Of a DNA stretch of 64,000 nt, positions 20,363 through 29,668 are shown piece after piece (position 1 is the first letter of the stretch; every line of letters starts with the position of its first letter). The translations under genes were made by a program, and so were the position numbers. Source of the DNA: Candidatus Latescibacterota bacterium (GTDB taxonomy: Bacteria; Latescibacterota; UBA2968; UBA8231); assembly GCA_965206595.1 (NCBI GenBank), contig OZ242214.1:5696001-5760000 (forward strand), read 5' to 3'. The notes beneath the pieces are model-generated. The model saw nothing but the letters and a program-made list of their open reading frames with translations. It was not told where the DNA came from and searched no databases.

Positions 20363-21023
20363 CCTTCCAACTCCTTCAGGGGCGTGATCTCATGGATAAC
20401 GGCAGGAGCCGACAGGACCTACCGTCTTTCGAGTGAATCGGTGTTGTGACGACGAGCGCGGTGATCGGGGTCGTCGTCACGATGGAGGGCCATATGGTGG
20501 GTGCGCACGGTCTCGCCTTTGACGAGCCCGCGTTCATATGGTAGTGAGGAGGCTGGCCTCGCTCAGCCGGGAGATTCGAGCTCTACGCGGCTTGTTTTCC
20601 TGTGGTTCCCATTCTGGTTCCGGCATGGCTCGGCCTGCCTGCGTTGCGGGAATTAGGCCGTTGGAGGGGCATACTTCTGAACTGCTGCATAGCTCATATA
20701 ACGGGACAATTTTGGTGCGCGTCAAGAAAAATATGACCCAAATTACCTCACATCCCAAAAAGGTGGGGCAAATAGCGGATATAACTTTGTGTAGTCAATA
20801 CATGGGCCTCTACGCCTTATCCATGAATGCTATAGTCCCCTATATATGCATCGCCACTATTTCCATATGGAATCCGAATATTTCCTTCCCCCAAATTGGG
20901 TGAAATTAGGAGTCGTGATCTTTCGAACAGGGCGCTCTGTAACCTTCTTGAAATAAACCCCATTTGAACCGAGGTTAGGTCAGCCATAGGTTTTTGAAAA
21001 GGGAATCGATGGAGGAGGATGGA

Positions 21024-21356
21024 ATGACAGATGGGGTGACGAAGGCGGCCCTGACTCCTGCTAGGCGCCGTCTGGTCGAAATGATGCAGGAGATCAACTT
21101 CGGGCGCCTCGAAGGGCTCGAAGTGCGAGATGGGGAACCGTTATTCGATCCACCGCCCTTGGCCGTGCGTCAAGTGGTGTTCGGGAAGAAGAACGGGCCG
21201 AAAGATAGTCGGGCCCAGGACGGCTACGCACTGAAGAAGAAGGTGGCGGAGCTGTTCGAGGTCTTCGACCGGGAGCAGATGTTCCGAGTCCTGGAGCTCG
21301 TGATCGACGACCGGTTGCCCCTCCGCATGACCGTGGCAGGGGGGTTGGGGAACTGA
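21024..21356 (+). CDS. Small 110-aa hypothetical protein, copy 1
   Basis: GGAGGAGG RBS. 88/110 identical to copy 2 by manual count. Confidence 0.85.
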   Translation: MTDGVTKAALTPARRRLVEMMQEINFGRLEGLEVRDGEPLFDPPPLAVRQVVFGKKNGPKDSRAQDGYALKKKVAELFEVFDREQMFRVLELVIDDRLPLRMTVAGGLGN

Positions 21357-21390
21357 AATCCGGCCCCGGTCAAAGCCGCGGTCCTTCGCG

Positions 21391-21498
21391 CAAGACTACC
21401 GGTTGCCCGCAGAAGCGGAGGCCTTTGTGGGTGTCGCCGCACCGGTGTCCTCGCAAGGCTTCCGCTTCTGTGTTTGAGGCGGGCCTTCCGGCCCCAGG
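21391..21498 (+). ncRNA. Putative structured RNA (attenuator-like hairpin), copy 1
   Basis: Stem CAGAAGCGGAGGCCTT/AAGGCTTCCGCTTCTG (21410-21470) with inner CGCCG-cac-CGGTG hairpin. Conserved with copy 2. Confidence 0.55.
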
Positions 21499-21532
21499 AA
21501 ATACAATCGCCCCACCCGGTTGGCTCAGACGT

Positions 21533-21558
21533 CCGACACTTTTCCCGATTTGCCGGTA
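21533..21558 (+). promoter_or_regulatory. Putative alternative-sigma promoter, copy C (would be autoregulatory)
   Basis: CCGACAC-ttttcccgatttg-CCGGTA, upstream of small ORF copy 2 and the sigma gene. Confidence 0.6.
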
Positions 21559-21634
21559 TGAAACCGTAGCTGAACCGGAACGGAATCAAGGGAACCATGG
21601 GATTGAACGGCGTGACCGAAACGGACCAACTGGA

Positions 21635-21967
21635 ATGACCGATGGTATAACCAAGGCGGCCCTGACTCCTGCCAGGCGCCGCCTTGTCGAAATGATGCAG
21701 GAGACCAACTTCGGGCGCATCGAAGGGCTCGAAGTGCGCAACGGGGAGCCCGTTCTCGATCCACCGCCCAGGGCGGTGCGCCAGATGGTGTTCGGCAAGA
21801 AGAACGGACCGAACGCGGGCCGCTCCAACAGCGGCTGTGCACTCAAGAAGAAAGTGGCGGAATTGTTCGAGGTCTTCGACCGGGAGCAGACGTTCCGGGT
21901 CCTGGAACTCGTGATCGACGATGGCCTGCCCGTCCGCATGACCGTGGCGGACGGGGATCGGACCTGA
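21635..21967 (+). CDS. Small 110-aa hypothetical protein, copy 2
   Basis: MTDGITKAALTPARRRLVEMMQ...; same length as copy 1, starting 611 bp downstream. Confidence 0.85.
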   Translation: MTDGITKAALTPARRRLVEMMQETNFGRIEGLEVRNGEPVLDPPPRAVRQMVFGKKNGPNAGRSNSGCALKKKVAELFEVFDREQTFRVLELVIDDGLPVRMTVADGDRT

Positions 21968-22002
21968 ATCCGGCCCCCAGGGAATAGACACGGTCTTTCA
22001 CA

Positions 22003-22109
22003 CCAGACAACCGGCTGGCCGCAGGAGCGGAGGTCGTTGTGGGTGTCGCCGAGCCGGCGTCCTCACAAGGCTTCCGCTTTTTTGTTTGAGGCGGCCTTGC
22101 CGGTCCAGG
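22003..22109 (+). ncRNA. Putative structured RNA (attenuator-like hairpin plus U tract), copy 2
   Basis: AGGAGCGGAGGTC-G-TTGTGGG...CGCCG-agc-CGGCG...CTCACAA-GGCTTCCGCTTTT, followed by TTGTTT. Confidence 0.55.
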
Positions 22110-22151
22110 TCGACCCCTGCGCCCGCTTCTGCCCGGCCCGGAGGAGGCGCA

Positions 22152-22742
22152 ATGAGTTTTGACCCCCGGCAAGGCGGCATCGACCCCTATGCCGCACAGC
22201 ACATTCGGTTCAAGGCCAGGCAGCTGGCCGGGCGGGCAGGTTTCGGGGCCGGCGAGCGCAAGGACCTGGAACAGGAGCTGTTCCTGGACCTGTTGCAACG
22301 GCTTCCCCAGTACGACCCGGAGCGCGCGCGGCGCACCACCTTCATCTCCCGGGTGGTGGCCAACCGGGTCTCGACCCTAATCGAGTCGCAGAAGGCGGGT
22401 TTGCGGGATTACCGTCTCCGCGGCGGCTCGTTGAACGAGCGCCTGGAGGACGAGGAAGGGCGTTCGGTGGAGCGCCTGGACACCCTGGATGGGGAGGACT
22501 ACCTGCTGCGCACCGGGGCGGTGTCGCGGCCGTGGGAGGAGCGGCAGGCCCTGGCCATCGACCTGGCGGCGCTGCTGGAAACCCTGCCGCCGGAGTGGCG
22601 CCTGCTGTGCCGCCGTCTGAGGGTGGAGACGGTCTCGGAGATTTCCCGGGATACCGGGATTGCGCGAGGGACGATCTACGAGTGGATCGGGAAGCTGCGG
22701 GGGATCTTCGAGGAGGCGGGCCTGAGGGAGTACCTCGAATAG
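22152..22742 (+). CDS. ECF-like sigma-70 family factor (regions 2 and 4)
   Basis: GGAGGAGG RBS. Region 2: ERKDLEQELFLDLL..YDPER...TFISRVVANR. Region 4 HTH: LETLPPEWR..TVSEISRDTGIARGTI. Confidence 0.82.
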   Translation: MSFDPRQGGIDPYAAQHIRFKARQLAGRAGFGAGERKDLEQELFLDLLQRLPQYDPERARRTTFISRVVANRVSTLIESQKAGLRDYRLRGGSLNERLEDEEGRSVERLDTLDGEDYLLRTGAVSRPWEERQALAIDLAALLETLPPEWRLLCRRLRVETVSEISRDTGIARGTIYEWIGKLRGIFEEAGLREYLE

Positions 22743-22848
22743 GGGGTACCGATGTCGGGCTCCTAGATTGGAATGAAGGGCTCCGTGGCTCGTGAGTTCT
22801 AGTGGGGCGTTCTATTCGAGATGGTTCGAGGAAAAGAGGGAAGGAATC

Positions 22849-22874
22849 CCGACACATTGCTTCAGATTCCGGTA
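22849..22874 (+). promoter_or_regulatory. Putative alternative-sigma promoter, copy D
   Basis: CCGACAC-attgcttcagatt-CCGGTA(AG), upstream of the 23095 gene. Confidence 0.6.
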
Positions 22875-23599
22875 AGAAACAAGTGCGTTCACCAATCATG
22901 GGCTGGGCGGCATGGCAAAAAGATGCTGGGGTTCTCGCTTTCAGCCAGCACAAGAAGAAGATGGCCAAATTTAATTCCACATCCAAGTAACCAAAGGGGG
23001 TCATATTCATGAATACACACTGAACGATACATTGAAGCAGGTTGTTTCAATCCGACCACAACGTAGCACACCACTCGAAAAAAAGGGAACCAAAATGAAA
23101 CTTCTCCACGAGCCTGGAAGTATGAAGGGCCTGAGTATCCAATCTCTGCAGACCTATGGATTCGACACGTACCAGTACGGGGCCACGCCCGACCGAGCCA
23201 ACAACGTGGACGGTCTGTGGACCGCCATGCAAAGTAACGTTTCCGGCCACTTCCAGGACTGGAACTCTCTGGACATCTACTGGGCTCTCAACCTCGAGGG
23301 AGACTCCCATGTGTTTCCCAACGGGTACACTTGGAACGGGATGCAGTTGGAGACGTACGACAGAAACGGGTTTTATGATACTCCCAGCCACCAGTTCTAC
23401 TCCAACATCCGGCAGATCGTTACCGAGCTGAGAGACTTCTCTCGCGCCGGGACCCGGCTGAAGGGAATACGGTGGAATCACGAATACGGTCCTGTGGTTT
23501 GGAAGATAGGATCCGATTGGGCAACGTACGCCATGGAGCACGCCCCCGCGGATTTCCAGACTGTAGTCGCCCATCGGGCAACCGAATGGGAATATTTCC

Positions 23600-25063
23600 G
23601 GCTATATCCGGGTTTTTCAAAGGACATTTTATAGCATGTACAGAGAGAGATATTGAGTGATTCACACGGTACGGAATCGGGCCGGAATCTGCGCAGGGAT
23701 ATCGAGGTCTCCGACGCACAGGTAAATGAGGTCGGCAAAGGCATCCAGAGATTTAAATCCACTGGCTCGATTCTTGACCATGCGGATGATTCGATTGAGC
23801 CCTTCGGCGGCGGCGTTGGTCAGGTGCGTGTCGACGAAGGCCGTGATGCCGGCCGCATGCTTGCGCACCGTGTTGACGAACCTGCGCAGGGGCTCCAGGC
23901 GGCTGCGCAGGGCCGCCGTCGTCCACTTCTTGAGGAAGCGTTCGGCGGCCCAGCGCGCCTTGTAGCGCCAGAAGTGCTCGAACTCGTCCTTCAGGCGCCA
24001 GGCGCGGTAGATGCGGCGGTTGGCCTTCTCCAGGGTTTGGAGCGTGCGCCGGTCCTTTGGCGAGCGCCGGGCGGAGTGATGCAGCAGCACCCAGCGCAGG
24101 CCCTTGAGCAGCTTGCGGTCCTCGCCGCAGGCTTGCCGCCACTGTTCCTTGCGCACCTCGTCGACGGCTTCGTTGAGGGCCTTGACGACGTGGAATCGGT
24201 CCAGGACGAGCTGGGCGTTGGGGCAGTGCTGGCGGATGGCGCCGATGAAGGTCTCGCTCATATCGCAGCAGGCCCAGCGGATACGGGCCTTCCGGAAGGC
24301 GCTGAGATGGTCCCGGAAGAACGTATCGATCGTTTCGCGGGCCTTGCCCTTGCCGATCCAGACGACACAGGAGCGCTCCAGGTCGTAGACCAGGGTGGCG
24401 TATTTATGGCCCTTGGCGTAGGAGATCTCGTCGATGCCGAGGGTCGTCAGCGCGCGGATGCGATGGCCTGTACGCCGGCGCTCGATGAGCCGGTGCACCT
24501 GGTCGGACAGGGTCGAAGGAGCCAGGCCCAGCAAGCGCGCGGCGGTGACCTGCGGCATCCACTGGCAGTAGGTCAGCAGCAGGTATTCGAAGCGGTAGCT
24601 GACCCGGGCCGAGGGCGCTGCCCAGGGCACCTCCTCGACGTGCCGGCCGTGGGTCGGACAGCGGATCTCTCGAGGGCGGTGGTACAACCAGACGGTACGG
24701 CCGCAAATGCGGACGTCGCGCCAGCGGCGGGGCTCCATGACCTGTACGATCTTGCCCCGGCGCCCACACTCGGGACACCGGCACCCGTTCCTTTGGGGCT
24801 TCACCGCGACCACGACGGCCGCTTCCTCCCCGTGTCCTTCGAACCACACGCCCACAGCGCCAAACCCCTTGAACTTGAACAGCTTGGAGACGAACTTCAT
24901 AGCGGTCATAGGTCGCCTTCCCTTCCCTTTCCTGGGGAGTGCTTGATGGGGATACACCAAGCATAGGGAACGACCTATGGCCTTGTCATGTACTCAGATG
25001 AACAGCAAGGGCTCAGGTGCTTTCCGTACTTACGTTTCGGCGTTGAAAAACCCGGATAGACCC
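23600..25063 (-). mobile_element. ISL3-family element, complete copy 3 (1464 bp)
   Basis: IRs GGCTATATCCGGGTTTTTCAA and TTGAAAAACCCGGATAGACCC. 8-bp TSD ATATTTCC at 23592-23599 and 25064-25071. Confidence 0.96.
23662..24909 (-). CDS. ISL3-family transposase (intact)
   Basis: GIDEIS, CCDMS, DRFHV, TNAAAEGLN..KNRASGF. Likely start is ATG 24909. Confidence 0.95.
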   Translation of the reverse strand: MTAMKFVSKLFKFKGFGAVGVWFEGHGEEAAVVVAVKPQRNGCRCPECGRRGKIVQVMEPRRWRDVRICGRTVWLYHRPREIRCPTHGRHVEEVPWAAPSARVSYRFEYLLLTYCQWMPQVTAARLLGLAPSTLSDQVHRLIERRRTGHRIRALTTLGIDEISYAKGHKYATLVYDLERSCVVWIGKGKARETIDTFFRDHLSAFRKARIRWACCDMSETFIGAIRQHCPNAQLVLDRFHVVKALNEAVDEVRKEQWRQACGEDRKLLKGLRWVLLHHSARRSPKDRRTLQTLEKANRRIYRAWRLKDEFEHFWRYKARWAAERFLKKWTTAALRSRLEPLRRFVNTVRKHAAGITAFVDTHLTNAAAEGLNRIIRMVKNRASGFKSLDAFADLIYLCVGDLDIPAQIPARFRTV

Positions 25064-25774
25064 ATATTTCCGCAGGGCCTGTGCTCCCCACACCAATGTG
25101 CCTGAGGAACATGAACTTGGCGGAAAAGGGGCCTACGACGGTCCGACTCAGGCCCCATGGAACGGTTCCAACTACACAGAGGTAAAAAGGCTTTATCGAC
25201 ATCTGGTTCATTTTCAGGCCGATTGCCAGGCGAAGATGATCGGGCACGTATCCGACATTCTCACTGACATCGACTCGGACCTCAATCTTATTATCTTTCC
25301 ACCTGCGCAAGGACCTTCTGATTGGGGTTTACAAGAGTATACTCTGGACATGAGCCGGAATAACCTCACCAGTAAAACAAACATCGTGTGGGAGTTCGCT
25401 GATCAGGACGCAGTTGACGACGGACACATCCACAATCTGAAGGAATGGGCAGGCCAAGCGACGACTGCCGGCGCGGACTACTTCTTCACCTTGCGGCAGC
25501 TGCTAAATTCGACCGATTTCCAGACAAGGCTCGACAGGGTGGAGCAGCAGGCTGCCAACCGGTTCTGCAAAAACAAAGACGGGAGTGTTCTTTCGGGTAC
25601 AAGCGATCTGGACAGACCCTGGAACGAAAGCTTCGGGTTCTGGAGCAAGTGGTTCTCTTCTAATGCCGGAAACGGCAACATCACTGTTGCCCAGCAGACA
25701 GAGTATGCTCAGGAACTAAAGGACGCGCTGAACGAGCACGGCTAGCAGGTCCCATTCTGGTTGGGAATGAACAG

Positions 25775-25801
25775 GGGGTGGCTGCGCCCGCAGCCGCCCC
25801 C
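25775..25801. terminator. Hairpin between convergent genes (possible bidirectional terminator)
   Basis: GGGGTGGCTGCG-cc-CGCAGCCGCCCC followed by TTATTTTT. Confidence 0.6.
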
Positions 25802-26235
25802 GTTATTTTTCAGGACAGCAGGCATGACGCGATAGTTCCCTTTTGATTTCGCCCCAGCTGTTCGGCTTGATTCCGGTGGGGGTATCTACCTGCACGAATT
25901 TCAGGACACGACGCAGTGCCTCCCGGTCTGTCCTGCTAAAGTAGGCGATCTGATCGCCGGCCGGGCTCCAGTGGGGCCCGAAGTTCTGTCGTGAATCGAA
26001 CGTCAGGTGGCTGATCTGTCGAAGCGAATCTCCCGAAGCGACGACGATCTGCCCCTTGAGACTGAATGCCAGCCGTTGGCCGTCGGGAGACCAAGAAGTA
26101 GAGGTAGGAGGCAGGCTTTGACGGATTTTCCAAGGTGTCCCGCCCAGTTTCTTTACGAAGAGTCCGTGTGGGGGGACCCAATCGTCAGGCATCCCGAGTT
26201 CAGAATTGGAGATACCGTACGTTTGTACTTTGAAG

Positions 26236-27856
26236 GTAACCGTTCAGTTCCCCTGGCAGGTTGGGGGCGGGGGCGGAATGGTAGCAGAATATTAGCGAAT
26301 GGGGGAGTGGGTTGAAGGCAGCAGCGAGGGCGCCGGCTGCTGAGACACGGCCGCGTCACAGGCCATCCTGAGATAGTCGAGGACGTTGCGCTGCTGCTGG
26401 CGCAGGGTATCGCGTACCGTGAGCAGGCGCTCTACGAAACGGCTGCCTTCGGCACTGTGGGTACCGAAGCTGGTGTGACGCCACAACACGCCATGGCGAA
26501 GGGCTCGTTCGGCTTCGTTGTTGGTCGGCTCGACGCCGGGCCGGCGTGCGCAGGTCCACAGGGCCGGCCCGAGGTCGAGGAGATTGGCGCAGGTGGCCGC
26601 CGTCTTGGCGTCGGCGAACTGCTGCCCATAGCACAAATGAAAACGAAAGCGCAGACACAAATCGTCGATATAGTCCTGGAAGCGGGCGCGGGACAGGGTA
26701 CCGTCGCGGACTTGATGCCACCAGGTAAACAGCTGCTCGCTGCGGTCCAACAGGTGGTGACCGACGCGCCCGGCCTCTCCGCCCCGGGCCACGAACTCCT
26801 CGAAGGCGCGCCGCAGATGAGCCCAGCACACGTGCCGGCGTCGTAGCGGCAGATGCGCGTAGGCCGAATAGCGATCGGAGCCGACCACCGCCCGGTTGTC
26901 CGCACCCAGCACCTCATCGACCCCGTCCCGTCCCCGGCTTGGGCGAATGGCGAACACGGTGACGCCGGCCGTCACCGCGGTCCACAACCAGGCCTTGGCG
27001 CGGCGCTGGCGCCAGCCGGTCTCGTCGACGTTGACGAGGCCCTGTCGGCGAACGAAGGCGCGCGCCTCCTCGACCGCACCCGCCAGGGCCCGCGGCCACT
27101 TCCCGTTCCAGTCGGCTGACCGTACCCAGCGACACCTCGAGGCCGAAGGCGTCGGACAACAACGCCCGGATGTTGCGCTTGCTCAGCCGGTAGGCCCCGG
27201 CCAGCAGGCCGACCCAGGCTTGCACGCTGGGACCGAAGGTGTGGCGCGACACGCCCTCGGGCCAACCGGCTGCGGTCAGGCGGTCGCAGTGACCGCAGCG
27301 CAGGGTGTGCAACTGATACTCGATGACCTCGGCCCGCAGCGGCGGGATGACGACTTCCTGGTGACGCTGCGGATGAGGATCGTCTCCCGTCAACGGGTGC
27401 CCGCATCCGTGGCACGTACTCGGCTTGACCGGGATCCGTTCGTCCACCTGCTCCACCGATACCCACGAGCGGCCGTGTCCTTCGTGCCCGGGCTGTCCGC
27501 CCGGCGAGCGCCCCGAGGATCGGCGTCGGGAGGTGTCGGTGCGCGGCGAGGAGGAAGCGCCCGATTGCGACGAGGCGGCCCGGGCACCGCGGCGGGAGCG
27601 CCCCTTGCGGCGGGCCAATTCCCGCTCCAGCTCCCCGATGCGCGCCGTCTGTTGTTCCACGATCTGCTCAAGCTGGACAATGCGCTGGCGCAGGTCGCCT
27701 TCGGAAATCGTACTCTCAGGAGGTCTCTTCATGGGGTCGCCGTATCCAGGGAAATCTGCAACACACAACCGATCCCGAAGATACCGACGAACCCGAAAAC
27801 CCGCTTAGGTATTTCTTTATATGCTCAAACTACTGCAGGGGGGACTGAACGGTTAC
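26236..27856 (-). mobile_element. IS66-family element (single-ORF type); transposase frameshifted near 27090
   Basis: Ends GTAACCGTTCAGT and ACTGAACGGTTAC. 8-bp TSD CTTTGAAG at 26228-26235 and 27857-27864. Motifs PGGQPGHEG, VDETGW, CWAHLRR, PTNNEAERALR. Confidence 0.95.
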
Positions 27857-28027
27857 CTTTGAAGTAATAGGCCAACCGTGAGGTGACCGCAGACCAGCTC
27901 ATGCTACCGGGGCTGCATTCTGCTCCACTTACCCGTCGGTACGGGTCTGGTTCCGGGTCCAGGATTCTCGTGGATTTGTGCTGGGAGTGACGTATCGCCC
28001 ATCCATCCACGGATTGGTACACGATTC

Positions 28028-29200
28028 CTAGTGTCCTGTCGTATAATTAACTGTACAAACAATTGAAGGTGCCGTAGGTTTCTCTTATCCCCTTTCTGAA
28101 AGGAGAGACCTATGGTGACGGGGCGTCCATTACCGCCGTTAGAGCTGAGTCCGTCGGACCGGGAACGGTTGGAATCGATGGCCAAATCCCGGAGCCTTTC
28201 CCACGGGTTGGTGCGGCGAGCCGAGATTATTCTGCTGGCCGCAGAAGGCTGGCCCAATGAAGCCGTCGCCGCCGCCGTGGGTGTGACGCGTGCTACGGTC
28301 GGCAAGTGGCGCCGGCGCTTTCTCGAAAACGGGCTCCAGGGCTTGCATGATGAGCTGCGCTCAGGGGCGCCACGATCGAGTACGGATGAACAGGTAGCCG
28401 AGGTGGTATACAAGACCCTGAAGACCAAGCCCAAAGACGAAACACAGTGGTCGGTGCGCTCCATGGGCGAAGAAACCGGCTTGACCAAGGACGCGGTTCA
28501 TCGCATTTGGCGCACGTATGGTTTGCAGCCCCATCGACACAAGCACTTCACGCTTTCCACCGATCCTTTCTTTGTCGACAAAGTACGGGATATCGTCGGC
28601 TTGTACCTGAATCCCCCCGAGCACGCCCTGGTGCTGTGCGTCGACGAGAAGAGCCGGATCCAGGCGTTGGAACGAAGTCAGCCCATGCTGCCCCTGGGAC
28701 TGGGATACGTGGAAGGGATTACGCACGATTACAAGCGCCATGGCACCACCACCCTGTTTGCCGCCTTGGACGTAGCCACCGGGGAAGTGATGACCCAGTG
28801 CAAGCCCCGTCATCGTCACCAGGAGTTCCTTCAGTTCCTGCGCCACATCGAGGCCCACGTCCCCGCTGACCTCGATATTCATCTCGTCGTCGACAACTAC
28901 GCCACGCATAAGCAGGCCAAGGTCAAGCGATGGCTGGCACGGCGTCCCCGATTTCACGTTCACTACACCCCCACCTATGCTTCGTGGCTCAATCAGGTGG
29001 AGATCTGGTTCAATATCCTTACCCGCCAGGCGGTTCGGCGCGATTCGTTCCGCAAGGTGTCGGAGCTCATCGAGCGCATTGAACGCTACACGGCCAAATG
29101 GAACGCCAACGCACACCCTTTCGTGTGGACGGCTACGGCCGATTCCATCCTCGCGAAAATCAAGAGACTTTGCGAACGAATCTCTGCGACACAACACTAG
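28028..29200 (+). mobile_element. IS630-family element with intact transposase (28112-29200)
   Basis: CTAG at both ends (28028-28031 and 29197-29200). Imperfect IRs TGTCCTGTCG/CGACACAACA. Motifs VDEK, DNYATHK, SWLNQVE. Confidence 0.94.
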
Positions 29201-29668
29201 CGACCACCAGTCGGTTACGTCGTAATCGAGGCGGTCCAGGACGATTTTCTTGTGGAATTCTCCTTCGAGATTTTCTATGAAAATCACCGGGGCGGGTTCT
29301 TCGTATTCGGAGTTTCTGACCGGCAGAAGCTGGGATTGCCAGTAAGCATAGCGGTCTCCGGACGGGGACCATCCCACCGCTTGGCCCTCCCCGATTCGTC
29401 GACGGGCCGAACCATCCGCCTGCACGATGAACGGCTCCCACGTCAGTGTGTTCCCCGTCCTGCTCTTGAGGGTGAACAGAATCCTGTCTTCGACCGGCGA
29501 CCACCTCGGATCAGACCCGGGTCCGATGGAAGTGACCTGATGGCTGTACGCATCCACCACAAACAGCTCCTCTTCATCCACATATACAAGGCGATCTCCT
29601 TGCGGAGACCACGACAAGTTTTCTGCCGAAACAGAAGCCGCGGCAATGACGAGCGGGACAGAAATTTC

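Larger units (their letters stand above)
23095..25745 (+). pseudogene. 392-aa hypothetical protein (possibly a glycoside hydrolase-like TIM barrel) interrupted by ISL3
   Basis: Removing the IS and one TSD joins ...TEWEYF-RRACAPHTNVPEEH... in frame (23095-23599 plus 25072-25745). Confidence 0.85.
25803..29668 (-). pseudogene. TolB-like/PD40 beta-propeller protein interrupted by IS66 and IS630, 5' end removed at an ISL3
   Basis: Repeated WSPxG motifs. In-frame joins DWWSL|GIVYQS and YYFK|VQTYGIS after IS removal. Ends PTGIKPNSWGEIKRE. Confidence 0.88.

Noticed and set aside
21425-21634. N-terminal extension of the 180-aa ORF in the track
   Set aside because: It runs through the hairpin and the motif; the paralogue shows the real start is ATG 21635.
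22747-22758. CCGACATCGGTA on the minus strand just after the sigma gene, as a fifth motif copy
   Set aside because: Both half-sites are present but with no spacer, so it cannot have the same geometry; probably chance.
28361-29617. 418-aa ORF as a real fusion protein
   Set aside because: It is read-through from the propeller gene into the antisense strand of IS630.
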